Assembly: GCF_009914755.1 (NCBI RefSeq)
Contig: NC_060936.1
Length of the DNA: 64,000 nt
From: the human T2T-CHM13v2.0 reference genome, Homo sapiens
Strand: one strand, 5' to 3'
The translations under genes were made by a program, and so were the position numbers. Shown piece after piece: positions 43,329-58,049 of the stretch (the stretch's first letter is position 1; each line of letters begins with the position of its first letter). A model generated the notes under the pieces. It made no database searches, was not told where the DNA came from, and was given only the letters and a program-made list of their open reading frames with translations.

Positions 43329-44109
43329 ACAACTTCCTCTTAATATCAAACTATTGAACTATTTAAAAATACAAAGTTATTTTAAAATAATACTGCAGTG
43401 CCCTGCTCCCTTTTACTGCTTCTCTCCACGCACAGAGGCAAAATTCTTTCCTCACCTGGTATTTATAGGCATATCACCGAGTAACGCACTGATGTTGACA
43501 CTTTTTTTTAGGCAATATCTATAAATTTCCCACTATGGAGAATTAGGATATATCTCTTTTCTCCCCCACATAAGTGCCTCCCATTTTATCTCTCCATCCC
43601 TCAAGTATAATAATCATATTTTGTCTAGATTAATATTCAGTGTTTAAAATATAAGTACATGTGCTAATCACAGTAAAATCAAGTATTAAATTATGATTAC
43701 TTTTCCTTCTCTGCATAATGAGTTCTTATCTTCAGGATTAAAAACTGATTGGGTTTTATTCTTTTTCTTGATTTTCTGTATATTTAGCTCATATTTATCC
43801 TGAAACTCTCCTCTAGTTGTTTAAATGTCCTCAAGGAACACTTATTGAACATCATGTTTATTAAGAAAATTTTCGTTTCCCGGGGAAGTCTTTGCCGGAA
43901 TCTTCTCCATGCCTCATGCTCTGCTGTTATTCAAGGACCTCTCTTCACCATCAACCTGGGATTCTTTCCACGTCACTTGTATTTGGGATCTGTTTCCCTT
44001 GTCTCATGTCTTCCTTCCAGCTTCACTTTGTGGTTTGATGGAACACATGCTCAAGTAGGTTCCCAAGCATGAGTGTAAGGAGTAAATGACCTTAGCACAC
44101 ACATGTGTG

Positions 44110-44430
<321 letters not shown>

Positions 44431-44960
44431 TCATAGGGTGGATACAGAATTCTAGGTTGGAAATAATCTCCCCTTTCAATATTCAAGACATTTTTTATTG
44501 TCTTCTAGGTTACGGAGTGGCTGTTATGAATTCTGAATTCTTTCTGATGGTTTTTTTCTCTCTAGAGGATTGTAGAATTCACTTCTACATACGCCATCTT
44601 CCAAAATGTATTGATCACGTGGCCTGGTGTGTGTCTATTCTCATTCATTGTGCTGATCACATAGTGGGCTCTTCCAATCTGAAAACACATCCTTTCATTT
44701 GGAGACATTTTCTTAAATTATTTCATTAATGATTCATCCTCTTTCTTTTCTCTGTTTCTTTTTTCTGTTATTGACATATTGAACCTCAAAGCCATCCTCT
44801 TAATTTTTTTCTCCTATCTTCCACTTCGTCTTTTCTCTGCTTCTTAGGAAATTTCCTCAACTTCATCCATCAACCATTCCACCGACTTTCCATTTTGCTA
44901 TATTTTTAATTTCCAAGGGCTCATTTTGTCCCTGCTGCATGTTCTTTTTTTAAGATATAG

Positions 44961-45326
<366 letters not shown>

Positions 45327-45418
45327 AATTCTCTGTTTTCTTAAACACGGATATTCTTTACTGCATAGGCTGTATTTCTGGTAGGTTGCTGCCCTCCCCT
45401 CCCTGCGTTTGCCTGTTT

Positions 45419-46391
45419 CAGTCTTTCTGCGTGGACAAATACAAACTACTTCCTCTGCTCTCACCCCACAACAACCAATACAGAGGACTCCTGTGGCCAA
45501 GCATGGGGCAGAGGGGGTGGTTTCTCCCATCGGCAAGTGAGTGAGCAGTTCTGCAGCAGATGTCAGCTAGGTGTCCTCTAGTTCAGTTCCCACCATCTCT
45601 ACCTGGAGAAATCGTCAGGGCCCGCGGGTCGAGGGCTCACTCCCCAGGACTGCTCCCCACTGCTGATACCAACTGCAAGCCCTGGCTTACTCTGTCTGTC
45701 TGTTTCTCTCTGTCTCTGTCTGTCTACTTCTCTCTCTCTTTCTGTCTCTATCTCTCTGTCTGTATGTCTCTGTCTGTCTGTCTATCTTTCTCTCTTTCTC
45801 TGTCTCTCTCTCTCTCTCTCTGTGTGTCTGACTGCCTGGCTTTAAAGTGGGGTTCCCATGACCTCATCCTCAGGTTTGATTAATGTCCTAGAGCGGCTCA
45901 CAGAGTTCAGGGAAACATTTACTTATGTTGACTGGTTTATTAAAAAGGATGTTATGAAGGATACAGATGAGGAAACATGTAGGACAGGGTATAGGGGAAG
46001 GAGTATGAAGCTTCCTTGCCTTCCTGGGATACCACCTTCCAGGGACACCACCTTCCAGGAACCTCCATGGATTCAGCTATCAGGAAGCTCCCCAAATCCT
46101 GTCCTTTGGGGCTTTTAGGAGTCTTTATAACTAGGTATGATTGATTAAATATTTGGTCAGTGGTGATGAGCCCCTCTGTTCCCACTGGAGATTGAGGGGA
46201 TGGGCTGAAAGTCCAAACCCTCTATTCTTGCCTTGGTCTTTCTGGTGACCAACCCTATCCTGAAGCTACCTGTAATCCCAGCCACCAGTCACCTCCTTAG
46301 TGCACAAGAAGACATCACTATTCCCAGGATTTTAGGAGCTGTATGCCAGGAAACAGGGATGAGTACCAGATCTTTATTTCAGCATATCACG
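45419..46391. mobile_element. MER21-type LTR with an internal TC-rich microsatellite (45689-45830)
   Basis: ggggttcccatgacc...ctagagcggctcacagagttcagggaaacatttact...aaggatacagatga. Confidence 0.75.
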
Positions 46392-47069
46392 GTCTTTATA
46401 TCACGTAGAGACTTTTCTTAGTGTCTAACAATTCCTGTTTGCTGGTTCATATAAAGGAGGGGGACTAAAAGGCTGTGAGAGGCTCAGAGCCCCTCAACTG
46501 CACTTGCTGACTTCAGGCTTCACTGCAGGGCATCTGGCTGGCTGTTTGGAGAGGCCATAGTGTCAATGCCTGTTGCATTTTGGTCTTAGGATGGTATCAC
46601 CCTCTGGAATCCAGTGTTTCTCCTGGAGGGTGAAGATGCAGTCTAGGGGGACCCGCCTGCGAATCTCAGCATTCAGCACACATGGGGTTGTGGGGTCCCT
46701 CTGTATTCGGTGTGGCACCCCCAGGCACCCCCAGTTCCCCACTCGCCCTGATACCCATACCCAATGTGAAGTCCTGGCATCACCTGGGCATAAAAAGGGG
46801 AGTTTAATTGGCTGCTTCCTAAACAGACTTGTAGCCAACCCTCTTTATTTCAGTCCTCATTCACTCCGATTTTGTAACTGTTATCACAAACTCCTGAGTC
46901 TGGGGGGCTCTTTGGTAGAAACTGTGTTGGTTGTTGACTCTGCTCACTGACAGCTTGAAGCTCCATTTTGAAGTTCTGCTGACTTGTTTTATCCACTGAA
47001 CTCCCAGTTTCCAGTTTCCCAAATCTGTTGCTGCGGCTGCATTTCCTCTTCCGGTCATGGGATTATGCC

Positions 47070-47814
<745 letters not shown>

Positions 47815-47999
47815 TTATTGATAAGGAAAGTGAAATTGAGGCTGGCTAAGTGGTGTGATCAAAACAACAGCAGCTTTAGGAGGAGCTCTTTGCCTTTTTG
47901 TTGCTTTGTTTTTTGGTCCCTGACTTAATGTATCTTTGTTAAGTGTGTGCCAGGCAAGTCACGTTAAGCAGGTTGGGGACTTCCCTGGAGTGATGTGAC

Positions 48000-48215
48000 A
48001 ATCGCTAACATTTATTAAGTGTGTATTGTATGCCTGGCGCTGCTCTTGTTCTAATCTCTTTACATCTATTTAATCATTACAGCAGCTTTATAATGGGAGC
48101 TACTATGATCCTGCTCTTTCTTACAGAGGAGGGAGGTGAGGCATGAAGTTATGCCTTGTCCAAATTTGCACCGCTAGGAAGTGGTGAAACTGGGGTATGA
48201 ACCCAGGACCGGCTT
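48000..48215 (-). mobile_element. MIR
   Basis: gctaacatttattaag...ttacagaggagggaggtgaggca. Confidence 0.65.
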
Positions 48216-48219
48216 TCCT

Positions 48220-48425
48220 AGTAGTATTGACACTGTGGGCCCAGTGGCTCTGTGTGGTGGGGCTTTCAAGTGGGTTGCAGGCTGTTTAGCTACGTTCCTC
48301 CTTTCTCCTCACTTCCCTACTGGATAACAACACCCCCCACACACACAGCCATGACAACTACAAGTATCTCCAGACATTGCCAAATGTCTCTGGCAGGGCG
48401 CAGAGCCCCCTGAGTGAGGAGACGG
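48220..48425 (+). mobile_element. MER20 fragment
   Basis: atgacaactacaagtatctccagacattgccaaatgtc. Confidence 0.6.
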
Positions 48426-48690
48426 ACCCAGGCAGGCTGAGTGCATGCCTTGACAGCTCTGCCCTGCCACCTCCTGGTCTGGTGAATTCCAGGGGTCCTT
48501 TTTCCTCCCCCTCAGAACCGGACAGCAAGGTCTGTGACTGCCTTATCCACAGGCAGATCCCGCTCGCCCTGCCCTGGCATCACCACCACTGGGCAGCTTT
48601 GCCTCTCACTAGATATGAAAAAAGTGGAAAAGCAAAACAGAAACTAAAGGTGACAACTCTGCAGAGCTGGGCACGTTGGAAAGGCCAAGC

Positions 48691-48732
48691 CTTAACCCTG
48701 TCTCTCTCTCTCTCCCATCTTCATCCCCACAG
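48691..48732 (+). promoter_or_regulatory. Branch point (cttaac), polypyrimidine tract and 3' splice acceptor of the TMEM132C exon
   Basis: cttaac at 48691-48696, followed by ccctgtctctctctctctcccatcttcatccccacag. Confidence 0.75.
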
Positions 48733-48879
48733 AGCCAAGGTGAAGAAGGGGGTGAACATCCTGAGTGCTCAGACCCGTGAGCCCCGGCAGTGGGGCGTCA
48801 AGCAGGAGGTGGGCAGTGGCGGAAAGCACGTGACGGCCACCGTGGCCTGCCAGCGCCTGGGGCCCAGCCCACGCAACAG
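48733..48879 (+). CDS. TMEM132C: Internal coding exon (probably exon 3) of transmembrane protein 132C, ectodomain; 147 nt, phase 2 at both ends
   Basis: Translates as (R)AKVKKGVNILSAQTREPRQWGVKQEVGSGGKHVTATVACQRLGPSPRN(R), which I recognise as TMEM132C (the AKVKKGVNI motif is shared with TMEM132D). Canonical acceptor ...catccccacag| and donor AG|gtaagc. Locally GC/CpG-rich. Confidence 0.9.
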
Positions 48880-48885
48880 GTAAGC
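48877..48885 (+). promoter_or_regulatory. 5' splice donor CAG|GTAAGC
   Basis: Near-consensus donor immediately after the coding match. Confidence 0.85.
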
Positions 48886-49744
48886 GGTGCCCTCCCTGCA
48901 AGCGTGTGTGGTTCCTGGTCCCGGGCCCAGGCCGGCTGGTGCGTAAGAGCCTTGACTTGGACTCGCGTGAGCGGCTGCTCAGAGGAGCTATTGAACCCAC
49001 CACGTGGAAATCTGGAGGCATTGATATCCATGCAGGACCCTCTGCCTCTGCAGCAGGGCGGGGTGGGGCGCTCGCTCTGCAGCGCTGCGGGGTCAGCTTT
49101 GGAGCCGGGTGAGCTCATCTCTGCTCTGATAGGGCTTGTGCATCCTCCACACCTGAACTGACTTTCTGGGGGCCTTGCCCTGCCTACATTATCAGAAGAT
49201 GCTCGGTTACAAAGTACTCATTTTTTCATGAAGGGGAAGATTGAGTTTTCAGTGAGAAGGAATTTAAGGAAAGGTGGTGACAGTCAGTGGCAATAATGGA
49301 GAAGCACCTGCTATGTGAGATTCACTGTAGACATCCTGGATGATTTTTTAAAATAATTGTTTTCTGGTTATAAAAGCAATTCAGACTCATTTTAGAATAT
49401 GAGGAAAGCACAATTATAGCGGGGGGAATCATGTGCCAATATCCTTCCTACTCAAGGGTAACCCACTGATAGCATGTTGGTTCATTTCCTTCCAGGGTGT
49501 TATACCTGTGTAAGGCTAATGTATGCTAAATATATTTAGTTTACAAATTTGGGATCATCAAATACGTACAGATTTTAAGGACACTACAATTTTCACTTGT
49601 ATTGGAAACATTTTCTCTTGACATTAAATATTCCTCAAAAACATTCTTAATAGCTTTATAATATTCATCAGACGGATTTAACGTAACAGAAACAACCAAC
49701 CATGCCTGTATTTTACCATTTAGGTTGATTCCAAGTTGTTTCTA

Positions 49745-50535
49745 AATTTCAACTTTTATTTTAGATTCAGGGGGTACATGTGCAGGTTTGTTACGTTTAT
49801 ATGTTGCCTGAGGCTGAGGTTTGGGGCATGAATGATCCCATCACCCAAGTGGTGAACAGAGCACCGAATAGGTCGTTTTTCAGCCCTTTATTCCCTCCCT
49901 CTCCCCGGCTCTAGGGGTCCCCAGTGTCTGTTGTTCCCATCTTTATAACCACATGTACCCACTGCTTAGCTCCCACTTATAAGTGAGAACATGGAGTATT
50001 TGGTTTTCTGTTCCTCCATTAATTTGCTTAGGATAATGGCCTCCAGCTGCATCTGTGTTGCTGCAAAGGGTATGATTTTGTTCTTTTTTATGGCTGTGTA
50101 GTAGTCTATGGTGGATGTATACCAGATTTTCTTGATCCAGTTCACTGTGGATGTGTTGATTCTGTGTCTTTGCTATTGTGAACAGTGCTGCAATGAACAC
50201 ATGAGTGCGTGTGTCTTTTTGGTAGAACAGTCTATTTCCTTTGGGTATATACCCAGTAATGGGATTGCTGGGTTGGATGGTAGTTCTGAGTTCTTTGAGA
50301 AATCTCCAAACTACTTTCCACTGTGATCGAACTAATTTACTTTCCTACACACAGTGTGTAAGTGTTCCCTTTTCTCTGCAATGTCTCCAGCGTCTGTTAT
50401 TTTTTGACTTTTCAATAATCATCGTTCTGACTGGTGTGAGATGGCATCTCATTGTGGTTTTGATTTACATTTCTCTGATGATTAGTAATATGGAACATTT
50501 TTTTCATAAGTTTGTGGCCACTTGTATGTCCAAGA
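49745..50535 (-). mobile_element. L1PA15/16-like 3' end
   Basis: ttttagattcagggggtacatgtgcaggtttgttac...tgaggtttggggcatgaatgatcccatcaccca. Confidence 0.85.
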
Positions 50536-51514
50536 TTTATTCTTATAGATAATGCAGCAATAAACCACCTTCCACATAAATCTTTGTCCACATCCCTTTT
50601 TCCTTAAGGTGGCTTCTTGGATTCAAAACGTAAGATTATTTTTCAAGGCTCTTGTATTCTGCCAGTGTATTTTTCTGAAGGGATTGGTATTAAAGAAAGA
50701 AATAGTCTATTACTGGACACATTTTCTTAAGTGACAGCTGCAAGTCACCATGAAAAATCCTCAAATTCTCTGCTTGGTTTAGAACCACGCTGTTCTTTTG
50801 CCCACAGAACCCACTCCTCTGTCCTTCCTTTAATGTGTAATGAGAAAAAGAAAATCTGGTGTCCCAAACAGTTCACAAACTCAAATGCCAACCGTCACCA
50901 TCATTACCCCAAGAAGGATTTTAGTGCATCTGGCGGAGGTGAGGTCAGGGACAAGGGTTGGGTGTCTGAATCTTTGATTTGTGAAAACATGGCCAGAAAG
51001 AAATGTGTTTATGAGTCCCTTGTTCCAAGCAGGAGATCAGAGGCCAAATTAAATCTCCTGAATCGAATGCACATGAAGTCTAATTAACCTGTAAGATTAG
51101 TGTTGATTATGCAAATGAAAGCGAATGTGTTCATTAGCAGGTGGCAAAGTTATGTATGTGAATAGTTCTTCACATGGGAACCTGAATGAGAAGCAGAGCG
51201 AGGGAGATGAGCCTCATAGTGTCGAGTCCTGAAGGGCTCCTGTGGCCACCCTGTTTGTTCTGAGCTTCCAGGCACCCCACTTTGACCCCAGTTGTGTTTG
51301 CTGTCTCAGTGGTAAGCATTGTGCATGAGTTTCCACAGTCAGCCATCCTGAATGTTTTGGCAGACTGTGGACAAGAGGAAGATCTGAATCTGCAGAAATA
51401 GAGAATAATGGCATCTGAGGCACAGAAAGAGGCACTGCAGATGGTTAGACCCCAGAAATGTGTTCAAAGAGGAGGGCGGGTGGTGCATTGGGTGGAGTCA
51501 CCATGCCTGGCCCC

Positions 51515-51673
51515 ACTTTCACTTATAAGGGCCATTGTGGTCATGTTGGACCCACCTGGGTAATCCCAGATCATCACCCATATCAAAACCTTCACTTAAT
51601 CACATCTGCAAAGTCCCTTTGCCTTGTAAGGTAACATATTCACAGGTTCTGAGGATTAGGATGTAGACAAATT
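51515..51673 (-). mobile_element. MLT1D-like fragment
   Basis: taatcacatctgcaaagtccctttgcc...aaggtaacatattcacaggttct. Confidence 0.7.
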
Positions 51674-52148
51674 GGCCTGCCTCTGTCTTCTTACAGCATG
51701 GCCTCTGTCATGTCCATTCAGTCCTGAGTCTTTGAAATGCTGGGTTTGGACACCTTGGGGTACCGAGGTCAGGCCAGCGAGTGCACCTTCCAAGATTCCC
51801 AGGGCGGGGAATGGCGTTCCTTCCCATGGAGCTTTCTTGGTAGCCGAGGAGGTCTGATAGCAAGATCTTTCTTATGTATAGCACTGCCACGGGCAATGGT
51901 GTCGCCCTTCCTGGCGGGGTCCAGCAGAAGCAGTCAGTGCCAGCCAGGAGTGTGTATTCTTGCTTCAAGGTGAGGGTTGCGCAGTCAAGTATCTGAAGCC
52001 TCATTGGCACTGAGCCCCACCAAGGCCATGACTGTGGCTGCTTGCAGGAGCCTCTCTGCAGGACTCTGAGAGCCTGCACTGGCTGGATGGCACTCACAGG
52101 TGCAGACAGTGGTTCGTTCCTTGCCTTTGGCTCTTGAAATATCCCATT

Positions 52149-52359
<211 letters not shown>

Positions 52360-52738
52360 GAAATATCTCATTGTGAGCTTTTGCATTTAGGTGAGTCACC
52401 AATTTGAGATGTGGAAGCTGCAACTGTGTTTTCAGATCTTGGCCACATCCCCGTGTTGGCCACATCCCCTGGCTGGTAAGACAGGGAACCTAGGGAGACA
52501 TAAATAGTTTCAAAAGGGCGAAACTGGTCAGCCCATGGAGAGGCTGTCACACCAGCGGCTTCCCCAGGCAGGTCCAGAAAGGTGGTTCTGGAAGGTTTTA
52601 CGACCCCCTGCCAACCATTCCCATCTGTAGCTGTTTCTTCAAAGGCACAAACACCAAACACACACACCAAGTCTAACTAAAAGTGGTGGCTTTGTAAACA
52701 AGCACAGCTTCAGAGCATGCCCCCTGGCCCTTTGCCCA

Positions 52739-52792
52739 CATGACCGCTCACCCCTGTTGATCCCCCATGACCACTCACCCCTATTGATCCCC
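52739..52792 (+). repeat. 27-bp tandem duplication (x2)
   Basis: catgacc(g/a)ctcacccct(g/a)ttgatcccc. Confidence 0.85.
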
Positions 52793-53267
52793 ATACATAG
52801 AAGCCTTCTACATCAGGAGATGATGGTAGCTGATCTGGGGAGCTGAGCTCTGAGAGCGGCAGGCAGCTAGTGGTTAAACACGCCTGTTGTTGATGCCTCA
52901 AGGGCTCTGAAAGTCATTCTAGTCCATAAGTTTCAAACAGGACCATGAATGGGCACCAAGGGCCCCCCAATCCCTAAAATTGCTTGAAAATATATGGTGT
53001 GTGAGAGACTGCCTCCACGTGCCATTCTCATTACACCACTTTCACTGCTCTCTTCCAATTCTTTAACTCATATGAACTGGTCGTCCCTGAATTGAACTTG
53101 GTTGACCTGTGTTTTTCATGCAAAAATAAAATTTCAGTGATATTTGTTGGGACACACAAAATCTCCAATTAGCCATAGTCCCCATTCCACCCTATGTCTT
53201 GTATCTGGCCTCTCCACTTGTGAACTGGCTACGTGGTTTGTGAAGGTGTTGCAGTATGAAAATCCAG

Positions 53268-54120
53268 TGTATCAGTCAGCTATGTAAGGACCCCGTGATC
53301 ATGTAGGGCCCACTTGGATCATCTCTCCGTCTCATGATCCTTAACCTAATCACATCTACCAAGTCCCTTTGACTTATAAGGTAACATATTCATAGGTTCT
53401 AGGCACTAGGATGTGGACAAATTTGTCACAATCATGCCACATAAAAAAACCACCCAAATCTCAGTGATTTACAACTACAGTTTGCCCTCCATATCCATGA
53501 GTTCTGTGTTCACAGATTCCAGATTCTTTTAGTGGAAGATTGTGTCTGTATTGCACATATACAGACTTTGGTTTTCCTGTCATTATTGTCTAAATAATAT
53601 GGTATCACAGTAACTATTTACATAGCATTTACATTATACTAGGTATGATAAATAATCTAGAGATGATTTAAAGTATGCAGGAGGATGCGCATAGGTTGTA
53701 TGCTACTACTACATCATTTTATCTAAAGGACTTAAGCATCCATGGATGTTGTCATCTGCAAAGGGTCCATGAGCCAATCCCCCTTGGGTAACAAGGGGAA
53801 ACTGTCCAAGCTTTGCTCTCATGCTCCCAGGGCTGTAGGTCAAGGGCAGTCTGGACCTGCTAAGGGGAAGCTCAGGCGGGAGACTGCCTTGGGGTGTGAG
53901 CTGGCTGGGCTTAGCTCCAAGCCTTGAGCTGAGTGTCTGTCTGTCCATGTGTGTTTGGTCCTGGGCCCAGGCTGAAGGGGCAGAGTTATTCTGGGTGTGC
54001 TCCTCTCACAGCAGCTCATTATCCTCTCACCTAAGACCAAAACTGGTGTCCTGTCCATTAACATCCCCCAGGCCAACGTGAGACACGAGGCCAGGCCATG
54101 GGGTGAGGAAGTCCTCACCA
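53268..54120 (-). mobile_element. MLT1K/J-like LTR interrupted by an MLT1D-like piece and MER2
   Basis: tgtatcagtcagctat...aaccacccaaatcttcagtgatttacaac...gggcccaggctgaaggggcag. Confidence 0.6.
53478..53804. mobile_element. MER2 (TcMar-Tigger)
   Basis: cagtttgccctccatatccatg...actatttacatagcatttacatt...aatctagagatgatttaaagtat...aactg. Confidence 0.85.
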
Positions 54121-54846
54121 CCCAGACATACGGGGTGGGTGAGTGGAGGGAGTGCGTGCTGCACTCAGTAAAGCCACCATCACCCCCCGGCGCGTCAAAG
54201 GGCTGCTTGGCTCGGAAAATATCCCCTATTGCTGAAATGTTCTTGCACAGTTTCCATCTGTGGGAAGCTTTAGACATCCCCTTTCCCATGTTCGTTTCTT
54301 CAACAAATTATGTGTCAAGTGCCTGGTACTTGCCAGCTACCATGCTGACAATCTACGGCCAGGAGTCTTATCGGGGGAAGTTCAAAGATGAGATACTTAA
54401 AGACTGTCCCAAATACGAACTCACACCTGGCGAATGATGAACCGTGTCGTGCTCAGCATAGGATGAACAGGGGCACTTGAATGAGTGAGGAAAGAAGAAT
54501 CATAAGTGAGACAAGCAGTGCTGGCTGTGTGCCTCGCGCTCTCCAAATGCTTTGCATATAATCCTCCTAAGCATCTAATCCTCCTTCAAGCATTCGAGGT
54601 AGACACAGTGAGCCATGACCTCAATTTGCATGGGGGGAACCGAGACATGATGCATTTTTCAAACCCACTCAGTAAGAGCTGGAGGTGGAATTCAAACCTG
54701 GGAGGTCTGCCTCGGAGGACAAGCTGTCGCTTGTGCTTATTCTTGTCCTGAAAGGAAATACACCCAATGGATCACCCCAGCTGGCAGACACTGCTCCACC
54801 CTGGTTCCCGTTAAATCTCTTTCACTGCTCTATATCCCTCGGTAGG

Positions 54847-55546
54847 TGTGTTAGCCAGCTAGGGCTGCCTGAACAAAATTCCACAGACTGGTTGGCTTAA
54901 AACACAGAAATTTATTTTCTCACCATCTGAATTCTGGAAAGTCCGAGGTCAGGGTGCTGTCAAGGGTGGTTTCTGGTGAGGGATCTCTTCCTGGCTTGCA
55001 GTTCGCCACCCTCTCGGCATCTTGTGTCCTCAGAGGGCCTTTCCTCTGTGCATGGAGAGAGAGAAGCTCCTGGTGTCTTGTCTTTTTTTTTTTTTCGAGA
55101 CAGGGTCTCGCTCTGTCACCCAGCCTGGGGTGCAGTGGTGTAAACAGGACTCACTGTAGCCTTGACTTCCTGGGCTCAAGCGATCCTCCTCTCAAGCGAT
55201 CCGCCAAGTAGCTGAGACTACAGGCATGCACCACCAAGCCCAGCTAATGTTTGCATTTTTTGTAGAGATAGGGTTTCATCATGTTGCCCAGGATGGGTTC
55301 AAACTCCTGAGCTCAAGTGATCCACCTACCTCGGCCTCCCAAAGTGCTGAGATTACAGGTGTGAGCCACTGAACTTGGCTTCTTCATCTTCCCGTAAGGA
55401 CACCAGTCCTGTGGGATTAGAGCCCCCTCTTAGGACTTTATTTAACCTTAATTACCATCTTAAAAGCCTGCTCTCCAAATATAGTCACACTGGGGCAGAG
55501 GGCTTTGTGAGATGAATTTTGGAGGGAACAATTCAGTCTGTAATCA
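54847..55546 (-). mobile_element. MLT1A-type LTR containing an antisense AluJ (55083-55380)
   Basis: MLT1A motifs on both sides of an antisense Alu. Confidence 0.8.
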
Positions 55547-55549
55547 TGG

Positions 55550-55968
55550 GGTTGGCTCTGTCATCCTGAACCTGCTTCCGTCACTGCACCACCTGGGGCT
55601 GCCCCTCACTTTTGTGCACTTGTGCGGATTCTTAGAAGAGCCTGGGAGCTTCTTCCTGGGATCCTCTTTGCTGATGATGGACAGGTGTGGAATACGAAAG
55701 CTCAGCCCCATCTCCCCCACTGCAGACAACTCTGAATTGTCATGGACACGGTTGGACTCAGAGCTTCCCACAGGGTCAGGCTGCAGGCTGGGTCATTGAA
55801 AGCACACCTTCTGTTTGCTTCTTCCTGCAATGTGAACTATTTCCCTCTCCCCTTCTCCCTTTCCAGTTTCTCCTGGTGCGTGGGGAGAAAGGAAACAACA
55901 TCCTTAATCAGTCACTTGCAAATGAATCCTTGTCTTATGATCGGCTTCTAATGAACCCAAACTGAGAC
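55550..55968 (+). mobile_element. LTR16-type ERVL LTR
   Basis: cagagcttcccacagggtcaggct...aatcagtcacttgcaaatgaatcc...gaacccaaactgagac. Confidence 0.65.
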
Positions 55969-57402
55969 TCTCAGAAACATAAGAGCCCCCCCCCTCCCGC
56001 TTCCTCCCCTGGTGAAATGTCCTCTTAGACGGGGAGAGAGCATTTGTTAGGAAAACTGTCAAGCAAAACAGCTGTTCTGCTGGAGTGCCGTCTCCCTGTA
56101 ACCTAGAACCTCTGAAAGACCAGGGTTGTTATGGTCCTGAAACCATCTGTCTATAAACACTCAGACCCAGGAAGACAGCTAGCACCTGCTCCATACACAC
56201 ACCAGACCGCGTGGCATTTGGTTTCCAGGCTCCCCATCACCCTGGGAGAGGTCTGAGCATCTCGGCAGTCAGGCAAAGTCAGCCAACAATTTACCAGAGT
56301 GCACGTCGTATTTACAGGGTGCGAGGCCAACAGAGCAATTAGCATGCTGCCCAGGTCCTTCCCCGTCAGTGCCCTGTGACAGAGAGGATCGAGCATGAAG
56401 CAAATGCTTCTGTGTCTGCAGGGAAGAGGCAGAAAAGCACATAGAGAGCGTGCTGAAAGGCAGGAACACATCTTGCGGTTCTTTTGGCATCCTCCTGTTC
56501 CTTAGGAAGCATCTTCCGCCTCCCCCTTCATCTCCTTTCCTCGGTCTGCATCTTTTTTCAAAACCAGGTGTCCGGGTGAGTCTGAGTAGCTGGGGAGCAG
56601 TGAAGCGAGCAGTGAGTCTGACCTCAGCACTGGCAAGAGGGAAGAGCGGACCCTGGCTGCTTTTGATTCGAACGTTGCACCTTGATCTGATAAAGGTTTC
56701 TGCCTCAAGCATTCCTGGAGCCTTACTTTAAGCTCATTCCTTCAGGGAAAATGCTAAAACTTAGGTGTTTCTTTAAACTGTGGGCATACTCTGAAGTTCA
56801 GGGGGGACTCCGTGTTGGGAATGCAACCCCCTAAGGCTGTTGATGAGGCGGGCTCCCCAGCGGGGTCGGTGTAGGCACACCTGCCTGCCGCTCCACTTCC
56901 CACTGGCCCACATGCACCTGTGCTGTTAGGTGCTGAACACCTTCACTTCAACCGGTTCACTTATGTGTCTCAAGTTTCTCATTAGGCATTCTTATTAAAA
57001 CGCTACTGTTAACATCTCTTCCAGAAGCAAATATAGTATCTTAAAAATAGAAACTTACATAGAAAACCATAATATTCTGTAGATTTTATAGTGCTTGACA
57101 GCACACAGAATAATACTGTGTGTATTTCACTGTCTCTGGCACTTTACAAAATGCTCTGTGTACATTATTTCAGTAAATCTTTCTAACGGTCTCATGAACT
57201 GAGGTATCATACCATTGGGCAAATATAGAAAAGAATAAAGACACTCACGGGAAGTAAGCATCCAAATGAATATTTAGGCAAATCATAAAAATGTTTTATT
57301 TAAAAAATAACTTTAATGTACACAAATAAATGGAGAAAATGCCTATCAGTTGCACAAAATAAAGGTGAGCATAAACAAATACAATTAAAACATAAAAATC
57401 CT

Positions 57403-57731
<329 letters not shown>

Positions 57732-57827
57732 CTAGCTAATGTTAATAGCAAGAGGCTGTGTGCTTGCCTTGGAGGTTAGAGAAAGGGGTTAGCAGGTGCA
57801 GGGAAGTGCTGTGGACACACGAGAGTG

Positions 57828-58049
57828 CAAGGGTGTCCAGTCTTTTGGCTTCTCTGGGCCACATTGGAAGAATTGTCTTTGGGCCACACATAATATATGC
57901 TAACACTAGCGATAGCTGATGAGCTGGAAAAAGAAATTGCAAAACAATCTCATAATGTTGTAAGAAAGTTTACAAATTTGTGTTGGGCCACATTCAAAGC
58001 TGTCCTGGGCCACACACGCAGCCTGTGGGCTACAGGTTGGACAAGCTTG
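57828..58049. mobile_element. MER30 (hAT-Charlie)
   Basis: caagggtgtccagtcttttggcttctctgggccacattggaagaa...ggttggacaagcttg. Confidence 0.85.

Noticed and set aside
48377-48732. 168-aa ORF extending upstream of the TMEM132C exon
   Set aside because: Starts at a non-ATG codon in a MER20 relic and runs through the branch point and polypyrimidine tract; only 48733-48879 looks coding
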